Source of the DNA: an uncultured Pelagibacteraceae bacterium
GTDB lineage: Bacteria > Pseudomonadota > Alphaproteobacteria > Pelagibacterales > Pelagibacteraceae
Length of the DNA: 64,000 nt
Assembly: GCA_902519945.1 (NCBI GenBank)
Contig: CABYLY010000002.1
Span: 45,356-109,355, forward strand
Reading direction: 5' to 3'
Below the pieces are notes generated by a model. That model was given only the letters and a program-made list of their open reading frames with translations, searched no databases and was not told where the DNA came from. The translations under genes and the position numbers were made by a program. Position 1 is the first letter of the stretch; every line of letters starts with the position of its first letter. Positions 21,693 to 30,566 of the stretch are shown here, piece by piece.

Positions 21693-22864
21693 ATTTTTTC
21701 AACACATAAAGCAATCCCCATGCCGCCACCTATACAAAGAGCTGCACAACCTTTTTTTTTATTTTGTCTCTCCATTTCGTGTATGAGTGTCACTAGTATT
21801 CTTGCCCCAGATGCTCCTATAGGATGACCCAAGGCAATAGCTCCACCATTAACATTTACCTTATCCTCATCAATGGCCAATTCACTTATTACAGCAATAG
21901 CTTGAGCTGCAAAAGCCTCATTAATTTCAAATAGGTCAATTTCATCTAAATCCCAATTAGCTTTTTTTGTTGCTTGCCGTATAGCTTCAATTGGACCAAG
22001 ACCCATCAAGGAAGGGTCTAGTCCAACTGATGCCCATGAAACAAGTTTTGCAAAAGGTTTAATTGAATTTTTTTCAGCCTCTTTTAATGTAGTTAGTAAT
22101 AAAGCAGCCGCTCCATCATTGATACCAGACGAGTTTCCTGGTGTAACTGTTCCATCGTTTTTAAAAACTGTTCTAAGTTTTTCTAAATCAGATAATTTTA
22201 GATCTTTCCTAAAATGTTCGTCTCTATCTAAATAAGTTCCATTATAGTCTATGTTTATAATTTCATTATCAAATTTATTATTTTTAATTGCTATTTCTGT
22301 TTTTCTTTGCGAGAGAAGAGCAAACTCATCTTGTTGTTGTCTAGAAATATTAAATTTTTTTGCAACATTTTCAGCTGTAACTCCCATATGGTAATTATTG
22401 AATGCATCAATTAATCCATCGTGAATCATTGTATTAATTAACTGATCTTTCGAAATTTCTTTTTCCTCAGAATAAAAATATGTATGAGGTGTCATTGACA
22501 TATTTTCTTGACCTCCACAAATAATATAATCTGCATCTCTCAATTTTATTGATTGATAACCTGAAATAACAGCTCTTAATCCTGAACCACAAACTTGATT
22601 AACTAAGTGAGCAGGTTTTGATATAGGTATCCCAGCGTTTACTGCCGCTTGTCTGGCAGGATTTTGCCCTCCTCCTGCAGTCAAAACTTGTCCCATTATT
22701 ACTTCATCAATTTGATTACTAGAAATTTTACCTCTTTTTAAAACCTCACTTATTACAATGGTACCAAGCTGATCCACTCTCAAATCTTTTAATGATCCTT
22801 TATAAGTGCCTATAGGAGTTCTAACTGCACTTATAATCACAACATCAGTAGATTTATTATTCAT
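21689..22864 (-). CDS. Acetyl-CoA C-acetyltransferase (thiolase)
   Basis: NQVCGSGL, EINEAFA, GHPIGASG, LCIGGGMG motifs; ATG at 22864 preferred. Confidence 0.93.
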   Translation of the reverse strand: MNNKSTDVVIISAVRTPIGTYKGSLKDLRVDQLGTIVISEVLKRGKISSNQIDEVIMGQVLTAGGGQNPARQAAVNAGIPISKPAHLVNQVCGSGLRAVISGYQSIKLRDADYIICGGQENMSMTPHTYFYSEEKEISKDQLINTMIHDGLIDAFNNYHMGVTAENVAKKFNISRQQQDEFALLSQRKTEIAIKNNKFDNEIINIDYNGTYLDRDEHFRKDLKLSDLEKLRTVFKNDGTVTPGNSSGINDGAAALLLTTLKEAEKNSIKPFAKLVSWASVGLDPSLMGLGPIEAIRQATKKANWDLDEIDLFEINEAFAAQAIAVISELAIDEDKVNVNGGAIALGHPIGASGARILVTLIHEMERQNKKKGCAALCIGGGMGIALCVEKI

Positions 22865-22934
22865 AAATTTTAAATTAATCTTATCATTAAAATACACTAA
22901 AAATTGATATACTATAAATAATATATTTATAAAT

Positions 22935-23011
22935 GCGCCTGTAGCTCAATTGGATAGAGCGCTTGGCTACGGACCAGGAGGTTCTGGGTTCGACTCCTAG
23001 CAGGCGCACCA
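22935..23011 (+). tRNA. tRNA-Arg(ACG)
   Basis: GCGCCTG acceptor, AGCTCAATTGGATAGAGC D arm, CTTGG-CT-ACG-GA-CCAGG anticodon arm, GTTCGAC T loop, encoded CCA. Confidence 0.97.
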
Positions 23012-23026
23012 TTAAAAGGAAATATT

Positions 23027-23125
23027 ATGTTTAAATGGTTAGAAAAAATATCCCTTCAAATGTCAGTAATATATTTTTTTATTTTTATTTTTATAGTTAT
23101 ATTAATTTTAACTTTTACATTATAA
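23027..23125 (+). CDS. Putative 32-aa single-pass membrane protein
   Basis: MFKWLEKISLQMSVIYFFIFIFIVILILTFTL; AAAGGA SD upstream; stops 6 nt before the next ATG. Confidence 0.5.
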   Translation: MFKWLEKISLQMSVIYFFIFIFIVILILTFTL

Positions 23126-23131
23126 AAAATT

Positions 23132-23542
23132 ATGTCTACTGAATTTGAACAAATAAGTGTTAATCCAGGTTTCATGAAACACAATGGGGGAGTTTTATTT
23201 AGAAATATTTCTGAAAATGAGTATGAATTCAAATCAATAATAAATAAAAATCATCTAAATGCTGCTGGTATTACTCATGGAGGTTATTTATCGGCATTAA
23301 TTGATGCTGGCGCAGGTACAGCAGCACATAGATCTGTTCAAAATGCCCCTTGTGTAACAATTTCTTTAGACATACAGTTTATTGGTTCATCAAAAATTAA
23401 TGATGAAATTAATGGTAAAGTTAGAATATTAAAAAAAACAAAAACGCTTGTATTTTTGTTTTGTGAGCTGAGCTGTAATGGTAAAATAATTACCTCAGCT
23501 TCAGGAATTTGGAAGATTTTAAAAGTCAAAACATCTAATTAA
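23132..23542 (+). CDS. PaaI-family hotdog thioesterase
   Basis: HLNAAGITHGGYLSALID motif. Confidence 0.9.
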   Translation: MSTEFEQISVNPGFMKHNGGVLFRNISENEYEFKSIINKNHLNAAGITHGGYLSALIDAGAGTAAHRSVQNAPCVTISLDIQFIGSSKINDEINGKVRILKKTKTLVFLFCELSCNGKIITSASGIWKILKVKTSN

Positions 23543-23728
23543 AGACTTTTATAATAAAATTTTTTCAATAATTTAAATTAGAGAAGTTAATCTTATTGTG
23601 TTAAATTAAATTATTAATATTAAAATGAGAACTTTTTATCTTACGATTCGGTCATGTTTTAGTCTATATTTGTTCTTTAGCGATAACTACATCTGGTAGA
23701 TAAAAATTTTAGTATACCAAAAGTAGAA

Positions 23729-26206
23729 ATGATAAAAAATAAAATTACAGCTGTCCTTGGCCCAACAAATACGGGCAAAACCCATCTAGCTATTGAGACT
23801 ATGCTGTCTTTTGATTCTGGAATGATAGGTTTTCCATTAAGGTTACTAGCTAGAGAAGTTTATGACAAAATTATAAAAAAAGTCAATTTAGACAAAGTTG
23901 CTTTAATCACTGGTGAGGAAAAAATAATTCCTTCTAATGCAAAATATTTTTTGTGCACTGTTGAGTCGATGCCGATTGATAAACAGCTAGATTTTGTGGG
24001 TATAGATGAGATTCAAATGTGTGCTGATCATGAACGTGGTCATATTTTTACCGATAGATTATTAAATTTAAGAGGAACAAAGTTAACAATGTTAATGGGT
24101 TCAAATACTATAAAAAATATTATCTCAAATTTAAAGGATGATATTGAATTTATAAACAGAAATCGATTATCTAAACTTGTTTATGAAGGACACAAAAAAA
24201 TTTCAAGAATACAGAGAAAAACAGCCATCATAGCATTTTCGGCAGAAGAAGTTTATGCCATCGCTGAATTAATCAGAAGACAAAAGGGGGGAGCAGCTAT
24301 TGTAATGGGATCTTTAAGTCCTAAAACAAGAAATTCACAAGTTGAATTATACCAATCAGGAGATGTAGATTTTTTAGTTGCAACAGATGCTATAGGAATG
24401 GGGATAAATATGGATCTTGATTATGTTTATTTTTCTAATTTAAAAAAATTCGATGGAAGGAAATTAAGAAAACTCAATCTATCAGAAATTGGCCAAATCG
24501 CAGGTAGAGCAGGAAGATATCTAAATAATGGTGGGTTTGGAATAACTGGTCAATGTAAAGAAATTAATTCCGAAGAAGTTGAATTATTAGAGAATCACAA
24601 ATTTGAGGAAATTCAATCTTTATATTGGAGAAACTCAAATTTGAATTTTAATAACCCTACCTCTCTTATAAGATCTTTAGATGAAAAACCTGATCAAAGA
24701 TGGTTGAGAAAAATTTATGAACGAGAGGACGAAAAAGCTCTTAAATTTTTTTTAAGAGAGAAGAACTTTCAAATTAATGAATTCAACAAAGGAAAATTAG
24801 AGTTATTGTGGGAATGTTGTCAAATACCAGATTTTGTTAAAAAAACTTATGGAAATCATTATGAAGTTATAGAAAATGTTTTCAAATTTCTTATTTCCGG
24901 AAATCAAAAAATACCTGAGGATTTTATGCGTCAGCAGCTAATGAAACTTGATAAATTAGAGGGAAATGTAGATTCTCTGTCAAATAGAATTGCAAATGTA
25001 AGAACTTGGTCTTATGTTTCGAATAAAAATAATTGGGTAAATAATCAAAATTATTGGATTGAGAAAACAAAAATATTGGAAGACAAATTATCAGATAGAC
25101 TTCATGAGGAGCTTACAAAAACTTTTATTGACAAAAGAGCAAGTGTATTAGCAAGAGGCTTAAAACAAGATATGGAATTTGAAACAAAAATTTTGGAAAA
25201 CAATGAGGTAATGATTGACAATCAATTTATTGGAAAAATTAATGGATTAAAATTAGAATTAGACCTAAAAAAAGGAGCGCTAGAGACTGACATAAAATCT
25301 TTAAAAAAAGCAGCAAGACAAACTATTGGTCCAGAACTTCAAAGAAGAATTAAAGTTATAACTGAAACAGGATTGATTAATTTAATTGATGATTTTAAAA
25401 TTTATTGGAATAAAGCACAAATTGCAAAAATAATCCCGGGTAAAGATTATTTAAATCCAAACATTGAACTGATAGTCGATGACATGTTAGAACAAGAGCA
25501 GAGAAATGAGTTGACCAATTTTTTAGAGAAATGGTTAAAAAATAAAATTAATACAATTTTAAATAGTTTGATTGAACTAAAAAATTTAAAAGATAAAAAT
25601 TCTTCAGTAAAAGCACTTGCGTATCAACTTTATGAAAGTAATGGTGTTTTAAAAAGAGATCAAGTTGGTGAATATTTAGAAGATTTGGGACAAAGTGAAA
25701 GAAAGATACTCAGAGATCTTGGTGTAAAATTTGGCAGATATCATATTTATTTACACAAATTAATTAAGCCAGAGGCAGTATCATTAAGAACTTTGCTATG
25801 GAAAAATTTTCATCAAAAATTTTATAATTTAAAACCACCTACTTTTGGTTTGAACTTTGTAAATGACAATAAGATAACAAATAGGAACTTTATGTTACTT
25901 TGCGGGTTTGAAAAATTCGAAAATATTTATATAAGAATTGATATTTTAGAAAGATTATTTGTACAAATCATTAATTCAAAAACTGAGAGTAAAAAAGAGA
26001 TCAAAATGACTGCTGAAATGTTAAATTTACTTGGTTGTAGTAAAGATAATTTTAAAAAGCTTATAAAGAATATGAATTATAATGTTATCGAAAAAGAAGA
26101 TAATCTTTTTTTTAAATATAAGCCCATAAAAAGCTTTAAAAAAAAAAATAAGAAAATTTCAAAAGAAAGTCCTTTCAACGTCCTTAAAAATTTGAATTTA
26201 AATTAG
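23729..26206 (+). CDS. SUV3-like SF2 ATP-dependent helicase
   Basis: GPTNTGKT, PLRLLA, DEIQ, ATDAIGMGIN, QIAGRAGR motifs. Confidence 0.92.
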   Translation: MIKNKITAVLGPTNTGKTHLAIETMLSFDSGMIGFPLRLLAREVYDKIIKKVNLDKVALITGEEKIIPSNAKYFLCTVESMPIDKQLDFVGIDEIQMCADHERGHIFTDRLLNLRGTKLTMLMGSNTIKNIISNLKDDIEFINRNRLSKLVYEGHKKISRIQRKTAIIAFSAEEVYAIAELIRRQKGGAAIVMGSLSPKTRNSQVELYQSGDVDFLVATDAIGMGINMDLDYVYFSNLKKFDGRKLRKLNLSEIGQIAGRAGRYLNNGGFGITGQCKEINSEEVELLENHKFEEIQSLYWRNSNLNFNNPTSLIRSLDEKPDQRWLRKIYEREDEKALKFFLREKNFQINEFNKGKLELLWECCQIPDFVKKTYGNHYEVIENVFKFLISGNQKIPEDFMRQQLMKLDKLEGNVDSLSNRIANVRTWSYVSNKNNWVNNQNYWIEKTKILEDKLSDRLHEELTKTFIDKRASVLARGLKQDMEFETKILENNEVMIDNQFIGKINGLKLELDLKKGALETDIKSLKKAARQTIGPELQRRIKVITETGLINLIDDFKIYWNKAQIAKIIPGKDYLNPNIELIVDDMLEQEQRNELTNFLEKWLKNKINTILNSLIELKNLKDKNSSVKALAYQLYESNGVLKRDQVGEYLEDLGQSERKILRDLGVKFGRYHIYLHKLIKPEAVSLRTLLWKNFHQKFYNLKPPTFGLNFVNDNKITNRNFMLLCGFEKFENIYIRIDILERLFVQIINSKTESKKEIKMTAEMLNLLGCSKDNFKKLIKNMNYNVIEKEDNLFFKYKPIKSFKKKNKKISKESPFNVLKNLNLN

Positions 26207-26211
26207 TAAAT

Positions 26212-26625
26212 ATGTTCTTCAAAAAAAATAAAAAAGAAGATGAAGATAAAAATTTTGTTAAGATAGCTTCATTATTAATCCATGCTGCAAAAATTGATGA
26301 AAATTTTTCAAAAACTGAGGAAAAAATAATCACAGAAGCTCTTTTGAAACTTGGTGCCAAAAATGAAAGTTTAGAAAGTATCATTAAAGCTGGCAAATTA
26401 ATGGAGGAAAATTCTAATCAAATTTTAGATTTCACTAGAGAAGTTAAAAACATGGATGAGAATAAAAAAATTCAAATAATTGAGACATTATGGCAAATAA
26501 TTTACTCTAACAAAGAAGCAGATATATACGAGACAAATTTAATGAGAAGACTAGCTGGATTATTATATATTGACAACAAGACCATGGGCGATATCAAAGA
26601 AAAAATCAAAAAAGAAAATTCATAA
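26212..26625 (+). CDS. TerB-family protein
   Basis: [11 protein letters not shown]...E; LWQIIYSN...[13 protein letters not shown] resembles TerB-like fold proteins. Confidence 0.75.
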   Translation: MFFKKNKKEDEDKNFVKIASLLIHAAKIDENFSKTEEKIITEALLKLGAKNESLESIIKAGKLMEENSNQILDFTREVKNMDENKKIQIIETLWQIIYSNKEADIYETNLMRRLAGLLYIDNKTMGDIKEKIKKENS

Positions 26626-26951
26626 TGACATATATAGTTAATGAAAAGTGTATTAAATGTAAATTGATGGACTGTGTTGATGTCTGTCCTGTTGATTGTT
26701 TTTATGAAGGAAAAAATATGCTTGTAATTAAACCGGATGAGTGTATAGATTGTGGCGTTTGTGAGCCAGAGTGTCCCGTTGATGCAATCAAAGCAGACAC
26801 AGAGCCAGGAATTGAAAAATGGCTTAAGATTAATAAGGAATATTCTGAAATCTGGCCAAACATAAGTGAGAAAAAAGATCCACCATCGGATCATGAGAAA
26901 TACAAAGATGAAAAAAATAAGTTTGAAAAATATTTTAAAGAAAACGTTTAA
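26625..26951 (+). CDS. fdxA: Ferredoxin, 7Fe FdxA type
   Basis: [18 protein letters not shown]...[13 protein letters not shown]. Confidence 0.95.
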   Translation: MTYIVNEKCIKCKLMDCVDVCPVDCFYEGKNMLVIKPDECIDCGVCEPECPVDAIKADTEPGIEKWLKINKEYSEIWPNISEKKDPPSDHEKYKDEKNKFEKYFKENV

Positions 26952-27780
26952 ACCTAAAAAAAAAGTAGCTAAGAAAAAAACCGCTAAAAAAAAAATAACT
27001 AAAATTAAAAAGACAAAAAAAGAAACACAAAAATCAAAAGTAATTAAATCAAGAAAGATTAAATCAAAAAAATTAGATAAGAAAATAACTTCAAAAAAAA
27101 CTGAAAATAAAACTGAAAATTTAAGAATTGCCAAATCAAACGAGATAAAACCTGAGATCAAAAAAATTAAAAAACAGGAAACTGAAAAAAGAGAATATAA
27201 AATTAAAGATTATATAGTTTATCCAAAACATGGCGTTGGCCAAATAACAGAATTTAAAAAAGTCAGTATTGGAGGAATAGATGTTGAAACGTATGTAATT
27301 AAATTTGAGAAAGATAAAGCATTTGGTATGGTCCCAGTAAATAAGCAATTACATTTAAGACCTTTAGCAACTATAAACCAAGTAACAAAATGTATATCGA
27401 TACTTAAAAGTAAACCTAAGATTAAAAGATCAATGTGGAGTAGACGAGCACAGGAATACGAAGCAAAAATTTCTTCTGGGAAAATCTATGAGCTTGCCGA
27501 AGTCGTAAGAGATTTAAATAAAGGAGATGATCTTATGGTTGACCAATCTTATAGCGAAAGGCAACTGTTCGAAAAGGCTTATGAAAGAATACTTACTGAA
27601 TTTCAAATTATCTTAAACCTATCATTAGAAGATACACAAAAAAAATTAGATAAAGCATTAAAAAGAAATCAAGAAAACATAAGTAAACCGCAAGCTGTTC
27701 CTCCAAAAAATGAGGAGACAAATACTAATCTACCCGAGGAAGAGCCTTTAACAGAGCCAGATGAAAATTTAGACGAATAA
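26908..27780 (+). CDS. carD: CarD/CdnL-family RNA polymerase-binding regulator with Lys-rich N-terminal extension and acidic tail
   Basis: [25 protein letters not shown]...[19 protein letters not shown]; start uncertain (ATG 26908 preferred, overlapping fdxA). Confidence 0.9.
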   Translation: MKKISLKNILKKTFKPKKKVAKKKTAKKKITKIKKTKKETQKSKVIKSRKIKSKKLDKKITSKKTENKTENLRIAKSNEIKPEIKKIKKQETEKREYKIKDYIVYPKHGVGQITEFKKVSIGGIDVETYVIKFEKDKAFGMVPVNKQLHLRPLATINQVTKCISILKSKPKIKRSMWSRRAQEYEAKISSGKIYELAEVVRDLNKGDDLMVDQSYSERQLFEKAYERILTEFQIILNLSLEDTQKKLDKALKRNQENISKPQAVPPKNEETNTNLPEEEPLTEPDENLDE

Positions 27781-27781
27781 A

Positions 27782-27821
27782 AAAAACGCCTCTCACACAT
27801 AAAGTTATGAGAAGCGTTTTT
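27782..27821. terminator. Bidirectional intrinsic terminator between carD and the small basic gene
   Basis: AAAAACGCCTCTCA...TGAGAAGCGTTTTT; the single mismatch is a G-U pair on the minus-strand RNA; A/T tracts on both sides. Confidence 0.8.
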
Positions 27822-27840
27822 AATAAAGAATACTAAGTTA

Positions 27841-27918
27841 CTATCTTCTTCTTCTTTTCTTAGCTTTTTTCTTAGCTTTTTTCTTAGCCTTCTTTGCTTT
27901 TTTTCTTCTCTTAGGCAT
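27841..27918 (-). CDS. 25-aa protamine/histone-H1-like basic peptide
   Basis: MPKRRKKAKKAKKKAKKKAKKRRRR; AAGGGAG SD; tandem stops TAG-TAA; own promoter and terminator; not in ORF track. Confidence 0.8.
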   Translation of the reverse strand: MPKRRKKAKKAKKKAKKKAKKRRRR

Positions 27919-27942
27919 CTTTAGCTCCCTTTTTTAGTTAAA

Positions 27943-27999
27943 CGAATCAAAATGATTCGCTGTTATGTTATTTTTATTTTTTTATACGCGTTATGTCAA
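27943..27999 (-). promoter_or_regulatory. Promoter and 5' hairpin of the basic peptide gene
   Basis: TTGACA (27999-27994), N17, TAAAAA (27976-27971); hairpin CGAATCA-N3-TGATTCG at 27943-27959. Confidence 0.6.
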
Positions 28000-28118
28000 T
28001 TCTTTAATTAATGTTAAAATTTTCAAAAATTAATTTTAATTAAAATTAATTTATTTAAATTTAAAAGCTTAAAAAAGTTAATATTTACGCGCTTTATAAT
28101 CATATAACTTGGTAAAAT

Positions 28119-29819
28119 TTAATAAAGTTTTTCTAAATCTTCTTTATATTTTTCTAAAATTTTTTTTCTTTTTAATTTTAAAGTTGGTGTTAACATTCCA
28201 TTTTCAATCGTAAATTCCTCAACAATTAATTTAAATTTTTTAACTTTTTCGACTAATGATAAATTTTTATTTAATTTTTCCAAATAAATTTCAATTTCGT
28301 TTTTATTTTCTAAACTTTCACTTACAATTAATGCTACTAGATAAGTTTTTTTGTCTCCATAAATAAAACTTTGTTTAATTTTATCATTTAAACATAATAA
28401 ATTTTCAATTTTTGATGGAGAAATATTATCACCACCAAGATTAACAATAATTTCTTTCTTTCTATCTGTTATTTTTAAATTTCCATCTTTAGTAATTTCT
28501 CCTATATCTCCTGTGTGTAGCCATCCATCTATAATTATATCTTTGGTTTCTTTCTTCATGTTCCAATAGCCAAGCATGACATTTTCTCCTTTAACTAAAA
28601 TTTCCCCATCACGAGCGATTTTAACTTGGTTAGTTTTAAAAGGTGGGCCTACTGTCTCAATTTTAATCTTTCCTGGTATATTGCAACTAACAACTGGAGA
28701 GGTCTCTGTTAATCCATAGCCTTGTAGTGTTGGTAAACCTACTGAGTTCAAAAATTCACCAATTTTTTGATCTAAAGCACCACCCCCAGAAACAAATGCT
28801 TTCAATTTACCTCCAAATTGTTTTTTTATTTTTTTTCTGACTGTTATTTCACATATAAAATTAATGATTTTTTGCCTAAAATTTAATCTCTCATTTTTCA
28901 ATATTTTTGTTCCAAATAAAATGGTATTTTCAATCAACTTTTTTTTTAAACCTTTTTGTTTTGAAAAATTGTTAGAAATTTTTATAAACAAATTTTGGTA
29001 AAATCTTGGGACGGCCGTCATAATTGTAGGCTTTGCGATAGACATATTTGAAAGTAATTTTTCCAGACTTTCAGCATAAAAAACTTTTGCACCTAATGAA
29101 ATTTGAACATATTGAACAGTATGTTCATATGAGTGAGATAATGGAAGCCAAGTTAAAAATACTGGCTTATCTTTTTTTACTAATGAATTTAAAATTTCTT
29201 GAGCACCTTCGCAATTAGATAAAATACCTCCATGGCTTAGCATTACGCCTTTTGGATTACCAGTTGTCCCAGATGTGTAAATTATGCATGCAAGATCCTC
29301 TCTATTAATTTCTTGATTAAAGTTGAAACGAGCTTCTAAATTCTCTTTTTTTTCATACCTAAGAAAAACACTTTCAATATTTTCAATTTCGTTACTAATA
29401 TTGTCAATTGATAATATTTTTATTTTATTAGAAATAAATTTTTTTATTTTTTGTAATTGAACATCATTAGAAACAATACATATTTTTGGGTTGCAATCTT
29501 TAATAATATATTCGTAATCTTTTTCCGAATAAGTTGTAAACAGTGGAACAGTAACTCCACCAGCATTCATTATTGCCAAGTCTGCAATTAACCATTCTGG
29601 TCGATTTTCAGATAACAAAACACATCTATCCCCTTTAGATAAGCCTTTTTTTAAATAATCAGATAGGGCTATAACTTTCATCACAACCTCTTTCCAAGTT
29701 AAAAACTTTTTTTTATTATCTTTTAACCACTTTAAAAATTGTTGATCCGAAGTCCTATTTATTTCCTCGTATTTTTCAAAAAAAAGTTCTACTAAACTGT
29801 TAATTTTATTTAGTTCCAT
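28119..29819 (-). CDS. Long-chain fatty acid-CoA ligase (AMP-binding)
   Basis: IYTSGTTGNPKG, QGYGLTET, WLHTGD, TPTLKLKR. Confidence 0.92.
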   Translation of the reverse strand: MELNKINSLVELFFEKYEEINRTSDQQFLKWLKDNKKKFLTWKEVVMKVIALSDYLKKGLSKGDRCVLLSENRPEWLIADLAIMNAGGVTVPLFTTYSEKDYEYIIKDCNPKICIVSNDVQLQKIKKFISNKIKILSIDNISNEIENIESVFLRYEKKENLEARFNFNQEINREDLACIIYTSGTTGNPKGVMLSHGGILSNCEGAQEILNSLVKKDKPVFLTWLPLSHSYEHTVQYVQISLGAKVFYAESLEKLLSNMSIAKPTIMTAVPRFYQNLFIKISNNFSKQKGLKKKLIENTILFGTKILKNERLNFRQKIINFICEITVRKKIKKQFGGKLKAFVSGGGALDQKIGEFLNSVGLPTLQGYGLTETSPVVSCNIPGKIKIETVGPPFKTNQVKIARDGEILVKGENVMLGYWNMKKETKDIIIDGWLHTGDIGEITKDGNLKITDRKKEIIVNLGGDNISPSKIENLLCLNDKIKQSFIYGDKKTYLVALIVSESLENKNEIEIYLEKLNKNLSLVEKVKKFKLIVEEFTIENGMLTPTLKLKRKKILEKYKEDLEKLY

Positions 29820-29823
29820 AATT

Positions 29824-29908
29824 TGGTGGGCGAAGAGAGAATCGAACTCTCACTTCTTGCGAAACACGATTTTGAGTCGTGCGCGTCTACCAGTTCCGCC
29901 ATTCGCCC
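29824..29908 (-). tRNA. tRNA-Leu(CAA)
   Basis: Reverse complement GGGCGAATGGCGGAACTGGTAGACGCG-CACGA-CT-CAA-AA-TCGTG, long variable arm, GTTCGA, ends CCA; 85 nt. Confidence 0.97.
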
Positions 29909-29968
29909 TTAATTATTTAATAATTTATTAAATAGTATAAGAACTAAAATTATATTAAAACAAAAAAA

Positions 29969-30565
29969 ATGTTTAATGATCTTTACAAAAAATGTTTAGA
30001 TTTGGCAGGTCACAAAAGTTCTAAATACTATTTAGCGATAGTATCATTTATTGAAAGTTCTTTTTTTCCAATTCCTCCAGATGTAATGATAGTTCCTATG
30101 GTAATATCGAAAAAAAATGATTTCTTAAAAATCTTTTTTATTACAACAATTTTTTCAGTTATGGGCGGTATACTTGGTTATTTTATTGGTGCATTTTTTT
30201 TTGAGTTTGGATCAAATATTATGAATTTCTATGGTTATGAAGATAAATTATCTAAAATTAAAGAAAATTTAATTAATAGTGATAGTTTTTATGCTTGGCT
30301 AGGAATACTTTTTTTAGCAGGTTTTACACCTCTTCCTTATAAAGTTTTTACTATTGCCAGTGGCATAATAGGGTTTAACCTTTTAATTTTTATTTTTATT
30401 AGTTTTATTTCAAGAGGGTTAAGATTTTTTATTGTATCTTACCTCTCCTATAAATTTGGAGATTTATTTAATCGGTTTATGGATAAACATGGGTCAAAAT
30501 GGTTTACAGTAGTCGGGATGTTAATTGTTATTATTGGAATATTAATTTATCTGAATTTAAAATAG
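29969..30565 (+). CDS. YqaA/DedA-family membrane protein
   Basis: SFIESSFFPIPPD and FTPLPYKVFTIASG motifs. Confidence 0.88.
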   Translation: MFNDLYKKCLDLAGHKSSKYYLAIVSFIESSFFPIPPDVMIVPMVISKKNDFLKIFFITTIFSVMGGILGYFIGAFFFEFGSNIMNFYGYEDKLSKIKENLINSDSFYAWLGILFLAGFTPLPYKVFTIASGIIGFNLLIFIFISFISRGLRFFIVSYLSYKFGDLFNRFMDKHGSKWFTVVGMLIVIIGILIYLNLK

Positions 30566-30566
30566 C

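Noticed and set aside
26502-27161. 219-aa Phe/Leu-rich minus-strand ORF
   Set aside because: Antisense shadow of the A-rich terB/fdxA/carD coding strand; poly-Lys codons read as poly-Phe
22935-29908. Segment between the two tRNAs as a genomic island
   Set aside because: No integrase, no duplicated tRNA 3' end, and the content is core-like
29914-29934. A/T-only palindromes just upstream of both tRNAs (also 22913-22931)
   Set aside because: Expected by chance in nearly pure A/T spacers; no shared sequence beyond composition
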